A stretch of DNA of 64,000 nucleotides from Amoebophrya sp. A120. Its lineage: Eukaryota; Protista; Dinoflagellata. Each line of letters begins with the position of its first letter. Position 1 is the first letter of the stretch. The stretch covers positions 2,457,373 through 2,521,372 of the forward strand of contig CAJINV010000009.1 in the NCBI GenBank assembly GCA_905178155.1, written 5' to 3'. A program made the translations under genes and the position numbers. Below the pieces are notes generated by a model. It was not told where the DNA came from. It ran no database searches and saw only the letters and a list, made by a program, of their open reading frames with translations. Shown piece after piece: positions 63,568 through 64,000 of this stretch.

Positions 63568-63847
63568 TACGCACTTATTGTTGCTATTTGTTCCACCAGC
63601 ATCCGGAGACTGCGATCCGCCACTGTTTCGCCGCGAGTTTATACCACCAGCTGCGGATGCTCCTGCACCTGCCGGCCGGCACAGCCCGGGCGTGTTGGCG
63701 TGTCGCAACCACGTGACATTTTCGTCTTCGCCCGGGACTTTCTGAATTGTTAGATTGCAGATTGGGCAAATGATCACCTGTCGGGAAACGCCGGCGGTGC
63801 CCTTGCAGTTGTGGTCTTCTTCCCTTCTGTGGTCGAGGCAGAAAACG
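63568..63847 (-). pseudogene. Internal fragment of a third AN1 copy, truncated after NNKCV
   Basis: VFCLDHRREEDHNC...NNKCV, then switches to sequence homologous to ~34110. Confidence 0.8.
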
Positions 63848-64000
63848 CATGCAATGTAAATTTTCGTTTTCCGTACATGTACAAAGTGCATGACAAATTT
63901 CGCTAACTTGCAGTGTCCAACTTGTCATGCTAGACTAGGATTGCAGGCAAGTTTTGTCATGCAGAGACTGCATTTGTATGTGTACGGGAAATTTACTGTG
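63848..64000. mobile_element. Family F element running off the right edge, at an AN1 site empty in the other copies
   Basis: Colinear with 34234-34386; follows aaacg. Confidence 0.8.

Noticed and set aside
1-64000. Autonomous transposase, reverse transcriptase, rRNA or tRNA genes
   Set aside because: No recognisable motifs or structures by eye; a diverged copy cannot be excluded without HMM or covariance-model searches

Overview
Eukaryotic, intron-rich protist DNA. Every recognisable gene is on the minus strand: a multi-pass membrane protein, aspartate-semialdehyde dehydrogenase, a ~2325-aa triple-CCCH zinc-finger protein, a FAM173-like SAM methyltransferase, a ZFAND2/AIRAP-like AN1 protein, a coiled-coil protein, an Mps1/TTK-like kinase fused to a TM segment and an unknown domain, a tandem paralog of that domain, and the 3' part of an SR-like RRM gene. 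The dominant signal, which the ORF track misses, is about 32 short mobile elements. They have terminal inverted repeats starting TAT and ending ATA and sit between 5-bp direct repeats. In coding regions, removing the element plus one repeat rejoins the ORFs in frame and restores conserved motifs, so they behave as non-GT-AG introns (introners). This organisation matches what has been described for the parasitic dinoflagellate Amoebophrya; that taxon assignment is my inference. A duplicated AN1 locus gives empty/filled sites that demonstrate the 5-bp TSD. Members of one family occur in both orientations inside sense genes. The window also holds a nested Helitron-like insertion inside one introner, a 1.17-kb introner, and an introner whose two flanks come from different genes. 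All splice models were derived by hand from DNA and need RNA-seq confirmation.
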